DNA of 64,000 bases from an uncultured virus (IMG/VR IMGVR_UViG_3300005512_000016) (IMGVR_UViG_3300005512_000016:1-64000), one strand, 5' to 3'; counted from the stretch's first letter, positions 47,967 to 58,660 are shown. Numbers and translations: made by a program. The notes: generated by a model from the sequence alone, not told the origin.

Positions 47967-48700
47967 TAGAATTGATCTCCTACTCTAATAACATCACTTT
48001 TACCATGTGAAGTTGTATTTAGATAACCAGAAACAAATTGACCTGCAACTCGGGTTTCTCCATAAACTAGTGCTATAGGAGTACCGCTCTCGGTTGTATT
48101 TTGAAGAGAACCAAACATATCACTACCTCTTGTAGAGCTATCTACTTGTTCTGCCATTTTTGGTTTTTTGGTAAATATGCTTGAAAGTACACTAAGGGCT
48201 AAGTTTCCTATTATTGAACGGGCAAATGACGCTCCTAAACCACTTCCTGATAAAGCACCTGTCATTCCTGAAAAAGCTGTCCCAACACTTGATAATCCCG
48301 CACTATAGGTTGCTGCAAAACCTGCACCACCTGCACCAGCAGCTAATCCAATAGCATACGGAGCTACAATAGCCACAGCTGCTAATAGTAAAAAACCGCG
48401 TTTACCTCCGCCGCCTGTAATCAAGGGCACAACGTAAATAACTTCATCATTTTTTACCTTTTTAAGGGGAAACTCAGTTGGACGAAGTATTTTAAAATTT
48501 TCATCAACAAGAGCTATTCCCTCATCAATTTTACCCTCTTTTATCTTATTACTATATGTGGCAAACTCTTTAAATGAGTTTGATAAATAAACGATAACTT
48601 CATCATAAGTATTTATATTTACTTGAAGTGACTTTATATCCGCCGTATGTTTGCGTAAAGTAGAATGTATCTTAATCGTTGCCAAGGTGTTTACTCTCAA
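47966..48700 (-). CDS. Tail assembly protein I-like (ubiquitin-like N-terminal domain)
   Basis: VIYVVPLITGGGG, hydrophobic Gly/Ala stretch, FGSLQNT..SGTPIALVYGETRVAG. Confidence 0.85.
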   Translation of the reverse strand: MRVNTLATIKIHSTLRKHTADIKSLQVNINTYDEVIVYLSNSFKEFATYSNKIKEGKIDEGIALVDENFKILRPTEFPLKKVKNDEVIYVVPLITGGGGKRGFLLLAAVAIVAPYAIGLAAGAGGAGFAATYSAGLSSVGTAFSGMTGALSGSGLGASFARSIIGNLALSVLSSIFTKKPKMAEQVDSSTRGSDMFGSLQNTTESGTPIALVYGETRVAGQFVSGYLNTTSHGKSDVIRVGDQF

Positions 48701-49046
48701 ACTTATCGAATTTTAGTGCATCTAGATTTCTATCGTACCAATAAATAAAATAATTTAAACCGAAGCCAACAATAAATTTATATTCTGCAAAAGCTGCTGC
48801 ATGTTTATCTTCTCTACTAGGTAATGGTTGTTCTTCTCCAGGATGAGAATGAAATATACCCCAAATTTGATCGTCATATTTAATTAAAGCTCCAGGATCT
48901 AATTCAAAGGTTATAGTAGGAGTATTACTTAAATTATCAACTCTTACGTAGGAAAAGTCCTTAAGAATAATGCCACAAGCTTCTCTTGGATAATCTTCTT
49001 CAGCGTGAGCCTGCATTTCATAAATTAATTTATCGAACCGTTCCAT
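48672..49046 (-). CDS. JAB/MPN metalloprotease (N-terminal half of lambda K)
   Basis: YPREACG, FHSHP.....PSRED. Confidence 0.9.
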   Translation of the reverse strand: MERFDKLIYEMQAHAEEDYPREACGIILKDFSYVRVDNLSNTPTITFELDPGALIKYDDQIWGIFHSHPGEEQPLPSREDKHAAAFAEYKFIVGFGLNYFIYWYDRNLDALKFDKFESKHLGND

Positions 49047-49471
49047 CTATATATTCCTGTTGTATATTGTTTATAATAATTACCGTATGGAGCAACCCAA
49101 CTAACGTGACCTAACATAGTTTGTAAAATTCTGTTCTTGTCAATATATATTGCGCAGTGGTTACTAATATTAGTAGAGCCAATACTCATCAGAATAATAT
49201 CATAGAGTTTTGGCTCTTCGTTAACCTTTTTAAAAATGTGAGAAAACTTTTTAAAACCATCTTCATAAAACCGATCAGTAGTTTTACTATACCAGTCTTC
49301 ATCAACTATATTACAGAAATCCCAACTACGTTGTTTGACATCTATATTAAGATGATCTTTGTAAATATACATGCAAAGATTCCAGCAATCAATACCAGTT
49401 TTAGGGTCATTTCCTAAATGCTTATAAGGGTAGTCAGTATATTTATAGTACCACTTGTCTATAGGCTGCAT
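49025..49471 (-). CDS. NlpC/P60 peptidase (C-terminal half of lambda K)
   Basis: PYKHLG...GIDCW, NHCAIY. Confidence 0.85.
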   Translation of the reverse strand: MQPIDKWYYKYTDYPYKHLGNDPKTGIDCWNLCMYIYKDHLNIDVKQRSWDFCNIVDEDWYSKTTDRFYEDGFKKFSHIFKKVNEEPKLYDIILMSIGSTNISNHCAIYIDKNRILQTMLGHVSWVAPYGNYYKQYTTGIYRWNGSIN

Positions 49472-49871
49472 AAATTTTTTCACTCCAATAATTATCAATA
49501 GTTGTAATCATAGAGTGAGCCCCCTCCTCTAGATGTAACATTCTCATATTGTTATCAATCAGCATACCAAAGTGAATCGGATTTTCACTTTTTAATGATC
49601 TAAAAACTATTACATCATAAATTTGCAATTCTGTCAATGATACTTTTGTTGCATACAGTGAAGCCCAGTCATCAATGTTCTTAAGACTGATTTCCTTCAT
49701 CCATCTTCTAGTAGAAATATTTTTATTTTGATTTTTTATTAATTCAAATAGCTTTTCAAATATATTGCTTTTTAACTCGTTTTTATAAAAGCTTGCAATT
49801 AGCGTAATGCAATTAGTTCCTGAATATCTATGTGATAGCCCAAGATAATTTTTTATATTTTTCGATACCAT
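49443..49871 (-). CDS. Second NlpC/P60-like protein
   Basis: YLGLSH..GTNCITL, DVIVF, HFGM, MLH. Confidence 0.7.
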   Translation of the reverse strand: MVSKNIKNYLGLSHRYSGTNCITLIASFYKNELKSNIFEKLFELIKNQNKNISTRRWMKEISLKNIDDWASLYATKVSLTELQIYDVIVFRSLKSENPIHFGMLIDNNMRMLHLEEGAHSMITTIDNYWSEKIYAAYRQVVL

Positions 49872-51040
49872 TCTGCATACTCTGGAAAAGTTGCTTCAAA
49901 ACTTTCATTCCTGCTTAAATCTAAGGCAGTGTTAAATTTTTTAAGTTCGGGTAATAAATGTGAATTATCAGCTCGATTCATATGTCTTAGAGAATTTAGA
50001 ATTGTGTTTATCTCGTTTTTACTAAATAAACTTTGATGCTTAGTAAGAAACTTTTTATATTTTTCATTAATAAATTTTTTAGTTTCAAGAGGTAACACGC
50101 TTGTATCCATAAATGATGGACTTATTAAATTAGTGATAAAAAGCGAGATATTTAATTTTTTCAAGTGCAAGATAAGTTCTGGATTTGAAAGTATAGAATA
50201 TACATTTCCCGTTGCACTTACTGTTTCTATATAGTCTTTGAACACATTCAGATTTTCTGCAAAAGTTTTCCAAACAAATCCTTTTCTACTGTATTCAACA
50301 TGTTCTTTATAGCCTTCAACACTAGGCCATAATTTAACCTTATCAAACTTTTTCCATAGTTGAACTATGTCATATTTTTTAAACTTTGAATATGAGAGAT
50401 TAGAGTTATATTGTAATTCAACATCTGTCTTACCTTTATCTATAAGAAATTCTAACATTTTGTACATACCATCTTGAACAAAAGGCTCTCCTCCAGCAAA
50501 ATAAATAGTATCAATTGTTTTATATATTTTCTCCATGTCGTCCCAGAATTCAGGGTTATTAGTCCAATAGTCTAAACTTTGAACTTCATTACCAGCAGCA
50601 TTAAAAGGTGCTAAGTGTTTTTCTCTAAACCAGGAAGTTGAAGCATCAGGACCACACATTCGGCATTTGAAATTACACAAGTTACCAAATCTAAAATCAA
50701 GCCATACAGGAGGATTTTTAACAGATCCATCTTTTTCAGTTTTTCTCTGAAGCGGAGCATATTTTCCAAATCTTTGATTAACTCTATTTCTATGACTATC
50801 TTGTCCAGATTTTTCTATGTCATAGCATACATCACACTCTACTGGGTGCTGACCTTGTAAAAATTGTAGTCTTTTTTTCTTATACAAATCATTATTCCAC
50901 ACTTCAAGTGGTGCTGCGCCATTAGTCCCAAGTTTTTTCTCGCCAGGACCCATGTAATTATCGGTATGACAACATAGGCTATAATCTCCTCTAATGTCTC
51001 CGTACATATGAATCCAAGGCATAATACATCCTTTAATCAT
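49853..51040 (-). CDS. Radical SAM protein with N-terminal Twitch/SPASM-like domain
   Basis: CIMPWIH...LCC...ECDVCY; GNLCNFKCRMCGP; FAGGEPF; YNSN. Confidence 0.9.
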   Translation of the reverse strand: MIKGCIMPWIHMYGDIRGDYSLCCHTDNYMGPGEKKLGTNGAAPLEVWNNDLYKKKRLQFLQGQHPVECDVCYDIEKSGQDSHRNRVNQRFGKYAPLQRKTEKDGSVKNPPVWLDFRFGNLCNFKCRMCGPDASTSWFREKHLAPFNAAGNEVQSLDYWTNNPEFWDDMEKIYKTIDTIYFAGGEPFVQDGMYKMLEFLIDKGKTDVELQYNSNLSYSKFKKYDIVQLWKKFDKVKLWPSVEGYKEHVEYSRKGFVWKTFAENLNVFKDYIETVSATGNVYSILSNPELILHLKKLNISLFITNLISPSFMDTSVLPLETKKFINEKYKKFLTKHQSLFSKNEINTILNSLRHMNRADNSHLLPELKKFNTALDLSRNESFEATFPEYAEWYRKI

Positions 51041-52629
51041 TGTCTAGGTATAGTTCTTCCAGTCGCAGGGAAGCCTCCAAAGTGAATTTGATTGTTTCTT
51101 AGCTGACATGATCTGATTGATTTTCCGCATACGTCTAAGTCGTTACTGGCTGCAGTTTCATTTGCTGCTGTAATTGGGTTAGTATTAGCTTGTAATACAG
51201 GGTTTGAGGTGCCCGGAATAGAACCACCCCCAGGTCCAGGATACTGACATTCGGGTCCTTTATATACCCATTGACAGGTATTTTTATAAAACTTTCTTTT
51301 TGGAACAGCTAATCTAAAATATTGAAGCCATGATATTAAACCAAATCTTGCTACATTCTCATCTAAACTTTCTAAATTATCTATTTTGAAAACATCTTCT
51401 ATATATGCTTCGGTATCTGCTTCAGGATTAACTATGTAAATATTATCTCCAACAGAAGTATTAGCATCTAAAGATCTATCCAAAAATAAAAACCTATTTT
51501 CCTCAATTCTAGTGATAGTTGCCTCAGTTGTACCAAATTGTCCTTTTACGTTATCATTTACTCTGTAGGGTAAAGCACTAAGAACTTCTATTACGTTTGA
51601 AGAGATATATCTAGCACTACTATATTCTGGCCAAAAATCTAAAAAGTTTGCAAAAGTAGTTTTAACTTCAACAACCCCACCTAATAAATCTCTTGTATCT
51701 TGTTTTTGTTCTTGCCAATCAGCAGTGCTACTATGAGCGATTGTCTCGCTATAAGTCCATGCAGCATTAGCTCTACCATATCTACCGACAACTTCAGCGC
51801 TATAGTTTAAATCTGCATTAGCTCTAGCGCGGGTCATTGCATGAAATCCCTCTGTTCCTGTTGTATAGTCAGAAGCTTCTGCATCTACAGTTCTAGGATC
51901 AATACCATGTACAAGCTCATCATTGACAAGGGCTACGACAGAATTTGAACTATTATTACCAGCTAAAAAAGGATTCTCTACAAATGTACTAATTATATTG
52001 TCAAAGTTTGATATACTAATAGTTACTTCATTTATTTTTCCATCACTACCAGACTCAACAGTAGAAAAATCTACAGGAAAAGGAATATATTCTTTTTTAT
52101 CATAGTTAATTCGGTATACAGAATCACTTTGAGTATCTCCCACAATCTCTGCGAATCTTAAAGGTATATCTACAGGCCAAGATCTACCTTCACCTTGACC
52201 AGCTGGATTACCGTTAGAATTAGGAGGATACCACTCACCTGGATAATATAGAGAATAAAGTCTAACAATCTGATTTTGAGTGAAAGCATTTTTTTCAGCA
52301 ATAAATGGTGAGTTTGATATTGAAGATATTGTTGTACTAGCAACGGTAGTATTACTTGAAAACGTATTAGCCTGGAATGGTAAACTAGTAGTGGCTAACG
52401 CTCCATTAGCACTAGTAGACATCACTGTGCCTATATCTTGTAACGTTTCTCCAGATGAGAACTCTCGAGATACATTATCAACTTTTACTTTTATCGTATT
52501 TGATGCTGCATCTACATTAGCAATAACAGCTTGTGTAGTTGACGTGGCACCAACTACTGTATTACCGTTTCTAAAGCCTGTAGCATCGGCAACAGTTAAA
52601 ATAAAGTCATATGTTCTTACTGTGGGCAT
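51037..52629 (-). CDS. Minor tail protein L-like (Fe-S) with N-terminal extension
   Basis: YIPFPV, C-terminal CQWVYKGPECQY...DVCGKSIRSCQLR..HFGGFP. Confidence 0.85.
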   Translation of the reverse strand: MPTVRTYDFILTVADATGFRNGNTVVGATSTTQAVIANVDAASNTIKVKVDNVSREFSSGETLQDIGTVMSTSANGALATTSLPFQANTFSSNTTVASTTISSISNSPFIAEKNAFTQNQIVRLYSLYYPGEWYPPNSNGNPAGQGEGRSWPVDIPLRFAEIVGDTQSDSVYRINYDKKEYIPFPVDFSTVESGSDGKINEVTISISNFDNIISTFVENPFLAGNNSSNSVVALVNDELVHGIDPRTVDAEASDYTTGTEGFHAMTRARANADLNYSAEVVGRYGRANAAWTYSETIAHSSTADWQEQKQDTRDLLGGVVEVKTTFANFLDFWPEYSSARYISSNVIEVLSALPYRVNDNVKGQFGTTEATITRIEENRFLFLDRSLDANTSVGDNIYIVNPEADTEAYIEDVFKIDNLESLDENVARFGLISWLQYFRLAVPKRKFYKNTCQWVYKGPECQYPGPGGGSIPGTSNPVLQANTNPITAANETAASNDLDVCGKSIRSCQLRNNQIHFGGFPATGRTIPRQ

Positions 52630-54212
52630 TAATCAAATGTTTCCTGTAATTTAAAACTAACAGTATAAAAGTTATCTCTCAAGTTTGAAGAGGCACCTAA
52701 TACTTGAGTAACATTCAGAGGGCCATCAAAACGTACGGTAGCAGTTCCAGATTCATTTATGTGTCCTAAATCAAAAGTAAATGACTCGAACTCTCCACTT
52801 CTAGCAGTATAAAAGTCATCAATTGCTCTTTTACCTATACCGTGTAAATTTGTGTACTGAAGATCGTATTGTCTTTTTGACCTTCTTGATTTCAGTCTTC
52901 TTTTTTCATATCCTGCTTGGCTTTGAAAGATAGTAGTATCAAAGGCTCTAGTAGAAGAAAAGCCTACGTCTGGTCTTCTATCCGCCATTGAAGTAAATCT
53001 ATCATCTTTTTCAACAGTGCCTTGATATACTCTGATATCTAAAGTGTCTTGATTATCAACTGCACCTAAAGCTCCTCCTCCTAGTTTGGTAGGAGCAGAG
53101 GTCATTGCTTCCGTGCCTAAGCCACTATATTTAGATGACCTTGAAAATCTTACAGCATCAACCTTGCCATCAAAAAATTCTCCTGTATTGAATCTACCTA
53201 TATTAACATTTCCACTAACCGTGTTACCAAATACTTTTTGCCCTACCGCCACTCTCGCGTTATTAACATAAAGACTAGCGGTCTCATCATCTCTTGAAAC
53301 ACTTAATGCAACATGATAAAAAGAACCTGTGTTAATAGTGCCACCATATAATTCATGTATAACACCTTCTATAGCAGATACATATCCAATTGTATTATTA
53401 GAACCAACTGTCCTAACAACTATGTAGTTGTTTGTGGCTTGATAGCGAGAAAATATAGTTCCATTTGCGCTTAGAGAGTCTGGATTAACAAAAGCTTCAA
53501 ACGTGAAATCGTCACCATTTAAATCAAATATAGCTTTATCACCATAATCTAAGAAATGAGAACTTCCGTTTAAGTCTACAGACTTAGAACCAAAAGCTGC
53601 TGTGCTTGAGTATGTTTTAGTAGTAGAATTTAGATCTGTTTGCGCAATATCAGACTCATCTGTAGCATTTTCACTCTCAAAGTTAAGTAGCAGTTTTGTG
53701 GCATCATCTGCAATATCTATTCCAGAAGTACCTAAAGTTACACTTGGAAATGTAAATGCTGATGATTGCTGTAAAACACCTGATAAAAACACTAAGAGAG
53801 AATTTGCATCGCTTACGTTAGACCCGACAGGTAATGCAAAACTCTCTTGATCTGCATTTACTAAGTAGGTGTTACCGTCAACTATTGTAGCTGATGTATT
53901 ACTATAAGTGACTGCACCAGTAACTTCTGTTTTTCTACTTATCTGAAAGCGTTGTGGGAGACTAATAGTTTTTAGTTGTAGAGTAGTCGCATTAGGAGCT
54001 GTGACGAAACTTACAGTGGCACCTGCGTTTGTGACTGCATAAGTAGTAGTATCTTGTACGGCACCGTCAATTGAAGCTATAACTTCGCTCTCACGTGTTA
54101 CACTTGAAGGTAAATTAAAATCTGTTGTAGAGCCTGTGCTACTAAAAGTAGCCGTTGCTAAAACAGCAAACTCTGAAGTATTAGCTGTGGCATCATTTGG
54201 ATACGTTGCCAT
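52629..54212 (-). CDS. Distal tail protein (M/Dit-like) with LamG domain
   Basis: C-terminal QAGYEKRR...DDFYTARSGEFESFTF...LQETF; central LamG DFTFEAFV, FYHVA, LYVN, FDGKVDAVR. Confidence 0.8.
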   Translation of the reverse strand: MATYPNDATANTSEFAVLATATFSSTGSTTDFNLPSSVTRESEVIASIDGAVQDTTTYAVTNAGATVSFVTAPNATTLQLKTISLPQRFQISRKTEVTGAVTYSNTSATIVDGNTYLVNADQESFALPVGSNVSDANSLLVFLSGVLQQSSAFTFPSVTLGTSGIDIADDATKLLLNFESENATDESDIAQTDLNSTTKTYSSTAAFGSKSVDLNGSSHFLDYGDKAIFDLNGDDFTFEAFVNPDSLSANGTIFSRYQATNNYIVVRTVGSNNTIGYVSAIEGVIHELYGGTINTGSFYHVALSVSRDDETASLYVNNARVAVGQKVFGNTVSGNVNIGRFNTGEFFDGKVDAVRFSRSSKYSGLGTEAMTSAPTKLGGGALGAVDNQDTLDIRVYQGTVEKDDRFTSMADRRPDVGFSSTRAFDTTIFQSQAGYEKRRLKSRRSKRQYDLQYTNLHGIGKRAIDDFYTARSGEFESFTFDLGHINESGTATVRFDGPLNVTQVLGASSNLRDNFYTVSFKLQETFD

Positions 54213-57200
54213 TATGCGCCTCCTCTCATAGATTTACGGATTGGGCCATTATTTCTTAAGTCTCTGGTCACAATATCTATAACAATAGCATCAACATCCA
54301 TACGTGGTGTAGCAGTTGTTGCCTCTTGTGGAGTGCCTTCATTTTTGACTTGAACCTTAATATTCGGCATACCTCCAGCATTCATAGCTTGTAAGTTGCT
54401 GTTTCCAATATTACGAGCAGCACTACGTTTCAGTACAAACTCACCAGGCTCTAGGAGTGCGGGAACTCTATCACGTCCTCCTGCATAACCGCCAACTGCC
54501 ATTTTTCTGATTCCTGGTACTATACCTCCAGAAGCAGCTCCTATTACCCCAGCAGGTAAATCTGTGGGAATACTGCCCTTTAGTATTTCTCCACTACCAC
54601 CACCAAAGGCATTGCTTAACATTGAAAATATACCACCGCCTCCGCCAGAACCGGAAATGCTTTTAAGTATATCACTTACAAAACTACCTATACTATTAAA
54701 GGAGCTTCTGCCTTTTTCAACCAACTCATCTAAGAAACTACTAAATTTAGAGCCAAGTGTTTCTGTCTTTTTATTAGCTCCATCAAGTGAGGATTGCGCA
54801 TCATTTGCAAATGAGTTAACAATTCCTTTACCACCTTTTTCAACAACAGGCACATTTCCAGACTCTAATTTTAGATCTTCAATTCCTCCTGACATATCTA
54901 CACCAAGTAAATTCCCAATTTCACTAGTTAAAAAATTGGATACGGGTTTAGCAATTGTCTCTTGAAAAAACGCTTGTTGAACTTTCTTCACTGTTTCACC
55001 AAGAAAATCGGTTAAACCCTCTTTAAAGTTTTTCGCGTTTAGTGTGCCGTTAATTAGTGCATCATTTAACTCTTTCAAACCTGCAGCAAATTGTCCTCTT
55101 AACACAGTACCCACTTCTCTAATTCCATTACTAAAAGTATCATTTGCTTTTTTAGTTATGTCTGCTAAATTGCTGACTTTATTTGTAGAGCCTACTAAGG
55201 AATTGTTTAGATTAGTTAATCCTGTAGATAAATCTATTCCAGATATCTTGAGTTTATTCTGTAAATCTTTTAATTTTTCACTGGCTGCAGCGAGTTCTGA
55301 TATGAGTTTTGCATCACTTCGATTTTCGGCTAGTTTTTTATTAGCATTCGCAACATCAGTTATAGCTTTTCTAATAGTTGCAAAATCTTTTGCATCTAAT
55401 TCATCTTTTAATTTTTTTAATTGATTTGAGACTTGAATAGCAACTTTTGATTTTTCAATATCGAGAAGAACTTTTCTAAACTCTTCAACGGTACCAAAAT
55501 TACTACTGCTAAAACTAACGGCACCACGGGGCCCAACTGTTCCACCAAATCTTTCTACAGCACCTCTTGCAACTGTGCCTTGGGCACCACCTGCTTGAAT
55601 TGCTTTAATAAGTTCTTGAGTGAAAGAACGTCTAGCTAAACTTTCATCCGATTCTCCAGGCAAGCGTCTAGATTCGTTTGCAAGTATTTTTCTTTCAACT
55701 ATATCATTAGCTAATACTTGTGCTATACCGTCGATATGAGTTTTAAAGTTTTCTAATTCTTGAATTAAAAGTTTATTTCTCTCCTCTAGGATACTAAGAT
55801 CTTTTAAAGCTGCTTTTTCATCTGCGTTAATTTTATCAAGCTGAAGTTTTTTCTCAGCTTGAATACGTTTTTCAATTAAACCAGTAAACTCTCCTGTGCT
55901 TATAAGTTCTTGTTGTTGAGCTATTTGTGCCTCTAAGATCTTTTGCTCTGCTTTTTGGTTTTCTATTAAGGCTTTTTTCTGTTCTTTAATTGATTCTTCT
56001 AATCTTTTTAATGATTCTCTTTCAAGTTTTAGTGTTAAATCTCTTTTATCTCCTTCACTTAAAAAAGGATTCATTTTAATTAATTCTTCTGTTAATTTAC
56101 GTTCACTTTCTCTAACTAAGTCAACACTCTTCAATCTCGCTACTCTTAGGTTCTCATTAGCTTTAGCTAAATCATCAGTTCTTTTAATCTGATTTGTCAA
56201 TTCTTTAGTTTGTTGATCTAAGGAAGCAATTGCATTTTGAGCTTGAGTAATTTTTATTTGTTGCTGGGCAATCTGTAAACGTTTCTGTTCCTTGTCTAAT
56301 ATTTTTCCAAGAGTTATATCAAGATCTCTTGCCGCTTCAAAACTTTTTACAAATGTTCCTATTAACGCTTTTTCTGCGTCACGTGCCAACATGGCTAACT
56401 GCTTTTGAATAGGAGTTAAGTCTTTCGCTCCTGCTCTTTGCCGCTCTAAGGCTCTTGAGCCTAGTTCAAAGTTTTTTTGTAGTTGTGCAGTTTTAGATCT
56501 CTCAATATCACGTTGACTTGTAGCAACTTTTAAACTGTCTAAATTAAGTTCATTATCTAATATAAAAAACTTATTAAGGTTATCTGCAGCTTTAATTTGC
56601 GCTGAAAACTCATTTCTTAGTTTTTTTCGTGTATTTAAAATAGCTACTTGTTGTTGAACTTGAAAATTTAATATATCAAGTTCTTTTTGAAGATTATCAG
56701 CAGTTTTTTTATCTCTCTCATCTTCACTTTGTTTAAGATTGGCTATCTTAGTTAAAACAGCTCCACGTCTTTTATCAATTTGTTCAAGCGTAGCAGCCCC
56801 TCCCTCAAGAGTTTTTTGTAATTTAGCTGCAACTTGTAAAGATTGAACTATATTAACTTGTACAGCATTTCGAGCCTCAAATTTTCTTAACATTTCTCCT
56901 TCCATTCGTGACGTATCAACGAATAAAATTCTGTTTTTAGATAATGGGCCAGTCAAATCAGCAGCTTCTTTGACTTTTACTAAGCCTTGTCTTGATATTT
57001 CAATCTGTTTTATTACCTTTTGAAAACTCTGACCAGTTGCATCAGCGATAGATCTAACTGCTGCTGCGCCGAAATCTTGATTTGATTGCTGACTTCTTCC
57101 TCCTAAATTTGGGTTATCAGCTCTTATTTGTCTTTGCTCTCTTGCTTCCTTCGTTATATCAAGCAAGATACCAGCTCTTCTAAGTAAATCATCAATAAAT

Positions 57201-58660
57201 CTAGATATTGGTTCTAAAAAACCAAAAGCATCAAGTATTGCGCTACCGACAGCTGTGATTATGGATGCAAATGTTATAAAAGTAGTAATTTTTCCTAAAA
57301 GTCCAGCAACGAACCTACCTGCAAAAGCAAGTCCAACAGCAAATCCCTTGACACCAGCAGTAGCAAGTCTTAGGGCTTTGTTTGTAGAATTTATCCTAGT
57401 GTTAGTTATTGCTACTACTCTATTAAAAGATTTCTGTCTAGCTTCGAGTCTTGTTAATTCAATTTCCTGTGCTTTAGTGCGTTTTTGTAAAGCATTAAGT
57501 TGATCAATTTTTATCTGATTAATGCGTACTTCTTGAAGAGATAATTGGTTTAGTCGTTTAACCTCTCCAAAACTTATTTCTTGAGCTCTGGCTTTTTTAA
57601 TTAAAGTATTAAATTCTTCTTTATTAGCTATACTAGCTCTAGTAGATGCTAGACTTAACTTTTGAGTCTCTGTAGTCATTTGAGCCGCAGCTCTTCGTGT
57701 TCCTTGTAATCGTCTTCCTATTTTTTCAGTTAGAGTATCCCCAAGTGAATTAGCTGTAACTGTAAAATCTTCAGCACTCTTTCCAAGCTCCCTAATAGCT
57801 GATCCAAATACTGTTTTAGCTAAAATACCAAAAGTAGCGATGGCCGTTACAGGTGCTCCAAGAGCTTTTACAAGAGGTTGAATTACATTTGCTATTAATA
57901 CTCCAGCTTCTCTTGCAATATCACTTAGAGTTGCTACCAATTTTTCTAAACTTGAGGCTGCAGTCTCTACAGTGCTATCTACATCTCCAAATTTATCTAA
58001 ACCCTCAGATATAGCCTCATTAGCAAAAGCTTGTCGTTTTTCAAATGCTGTCAAAGAGCTTGCAACTTTACCGATTGATGCAGCATATTTTTCTGCTGCA
58101 GGCTCAATTCTAGTAAAAATTCCTAATTCGTCTAATAGTTCAGGTTCTAATTTTGCTACACCACGTAATAATCTTTGCACTGAGTCAGTTAAATCTCTTC
58201 CAAGAGCTCTAGCCGCTTTTACACCGACTGTTGCTAAACCCTCAATTTGATCAATATTAAAACCAGAAGATAAAGCGATATTAGCTAATTCAGCTGATTG
58301 AACTAGTGACAATTGACCATTAGTAATTTCTTTAAGTCGCGCTAAAACTTTAGGACCTTGTTCACCGATAGAAGCTGCTAGGGCATTTACTCCTGCAATA
58401 GTTTGTTCGGATCTTGCTGCTGCATTTAGGGCACTAAAAGCTTGTTGTAAAGCAAATATAGTAGCAGCTGCACCAGCATAAGCAGCCACTAATCCCCCTA
58501 AGCCTTGTGCTTGTGAAGAGAAAGAACGACCTGCTGAAGCAGAGCTTTGACCTAATCTAGTTTGAGCTTTACCTATACGTTGGGTATCACCTTCAACTTT
58601 TTTAGCGCCTCTAGTTACAAATTCAGTTTGGACAGTGTTCTTAATTTTACTACCAGCCAC
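54212..58660 (-). CDS. Tape measure protein
   Basis: 1482 aa, helical A/K/L-rich, PELLDELGI, C-terminal DRVPALLEPGEFVL; follows the chaperones. Confidence 0.92.
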   Translation of the reverse strand: MAGSKIKNTVQTEFVTRGAKKVEGDTQRIGKAQTRLGQSSASAGRSFSSQAQGLGGLVAAYAGAAATIFALQQAFSALNAAARSEQTIAGVNALAASIGEQGPKVLARLKEITNGQLSLVQSAELANIALSSGFNIDQIEGLATVGVKAARALGRDLTDSVQRLLRGVAKLEPELLDELGIFTRIEPAAEKYAASIGKVASSLTAFEKRQAFANEAISEGLDKFGDVDSTVETAASSLEKLVATLSDIAREAGVLIANVIQPLVKALGAPVTAIATFGILAKTVFGSAIRELGKSAEDFTVTANSLGDTLTEKIGRRLQGTRRAAAQMTTETQKLSLASTRASIANKEEFNTLIKKARAQEISFGEVKRLNQLSLQEVRINQIKIDQLNALQKRTKAQEIELTRLEARQKSFNRVVAITNTRINSTNKALRLATAGVKGFAVGLAFAGRFVAGLLGKITTFITFASIITAVGSAILDAFGFLEPISRFIDDLLRRAGILLDITKEAREQRQIRADNPNLGGRSQQSNQDFGAAAVRSIADATGQSFQKVIKQIEISRQGLVKVKEAADLTGPLSKNRILFVDTSRMEGEMLRKFEARNAVQVNIVQSLQVAAKLQKTLEGGAATLEQIDKRRGAVLTKIANLKQSEDERDKKTADNLQKELDILNFQVQQQVAILNTRKKLRNEFSAQIKAADNLNKFFILDNELNLDSLKVATSQRDIERSKTAQLQKNFELGSRALERQRAGAKDLTPIQKQLAMLARDAEKALIGTFVKSFEAARDLDITLGKILDKEQKRLQIAQQQIKITQAQNAIASLDQQTKELTNQIKRTDDLAKANENLRVARLKSVDLVRESERKLTEELIKMNPFLSEGDKRDLTLKLERESLKRLEESIKEQKKALIENQKAEQKILEAQIAQQQELISTGEFTGLIEKRIQAEKKLQLDKINADEKAALKDLSILEERNKLLIQELENFKTHIDGIAQVLANDIVERKILANESRRLPGESDESLARRSFTQELIKAIQAGGAQGTVARGAVERFGGTVGPRGAVSFSSSNFGTVEEFRKVLLDIEKSKVAIQVSNQLKKLKDELDAKDFATIRKAITDVANANKKLAENRSDAKLISELAAASEKLKDLQNKLKISGIDLSTGLTNLNNSLVGSTNKVSNLADITKKANDTFSNGIREVGTVLRGQFAAGLKELNDALINGTLNAKNFKEGLTDFLGETVKKVQQAFFQETIAKPVSNFLTSEIGNLLGVDMSGGIEDLKLESGNVPVVEKGGKGIVNSFANDAQSSLDGANKKTETLGSKFSSFLDELVEKGRSSFNSIGSFVSDILKSISGSGGGGGIFSMLSNAFGGGSGEILKGSIPTDLPAGVIGAASGGIVPGIRKMAVGGYAGGRDRVPALLEPGEFVLKRSAARNIGNSNLQAMNAGGMPNIKVQVKNEGTPQEATTATPRMDVDAIVIDIVTRDLRNNGPIRKSMRGGA

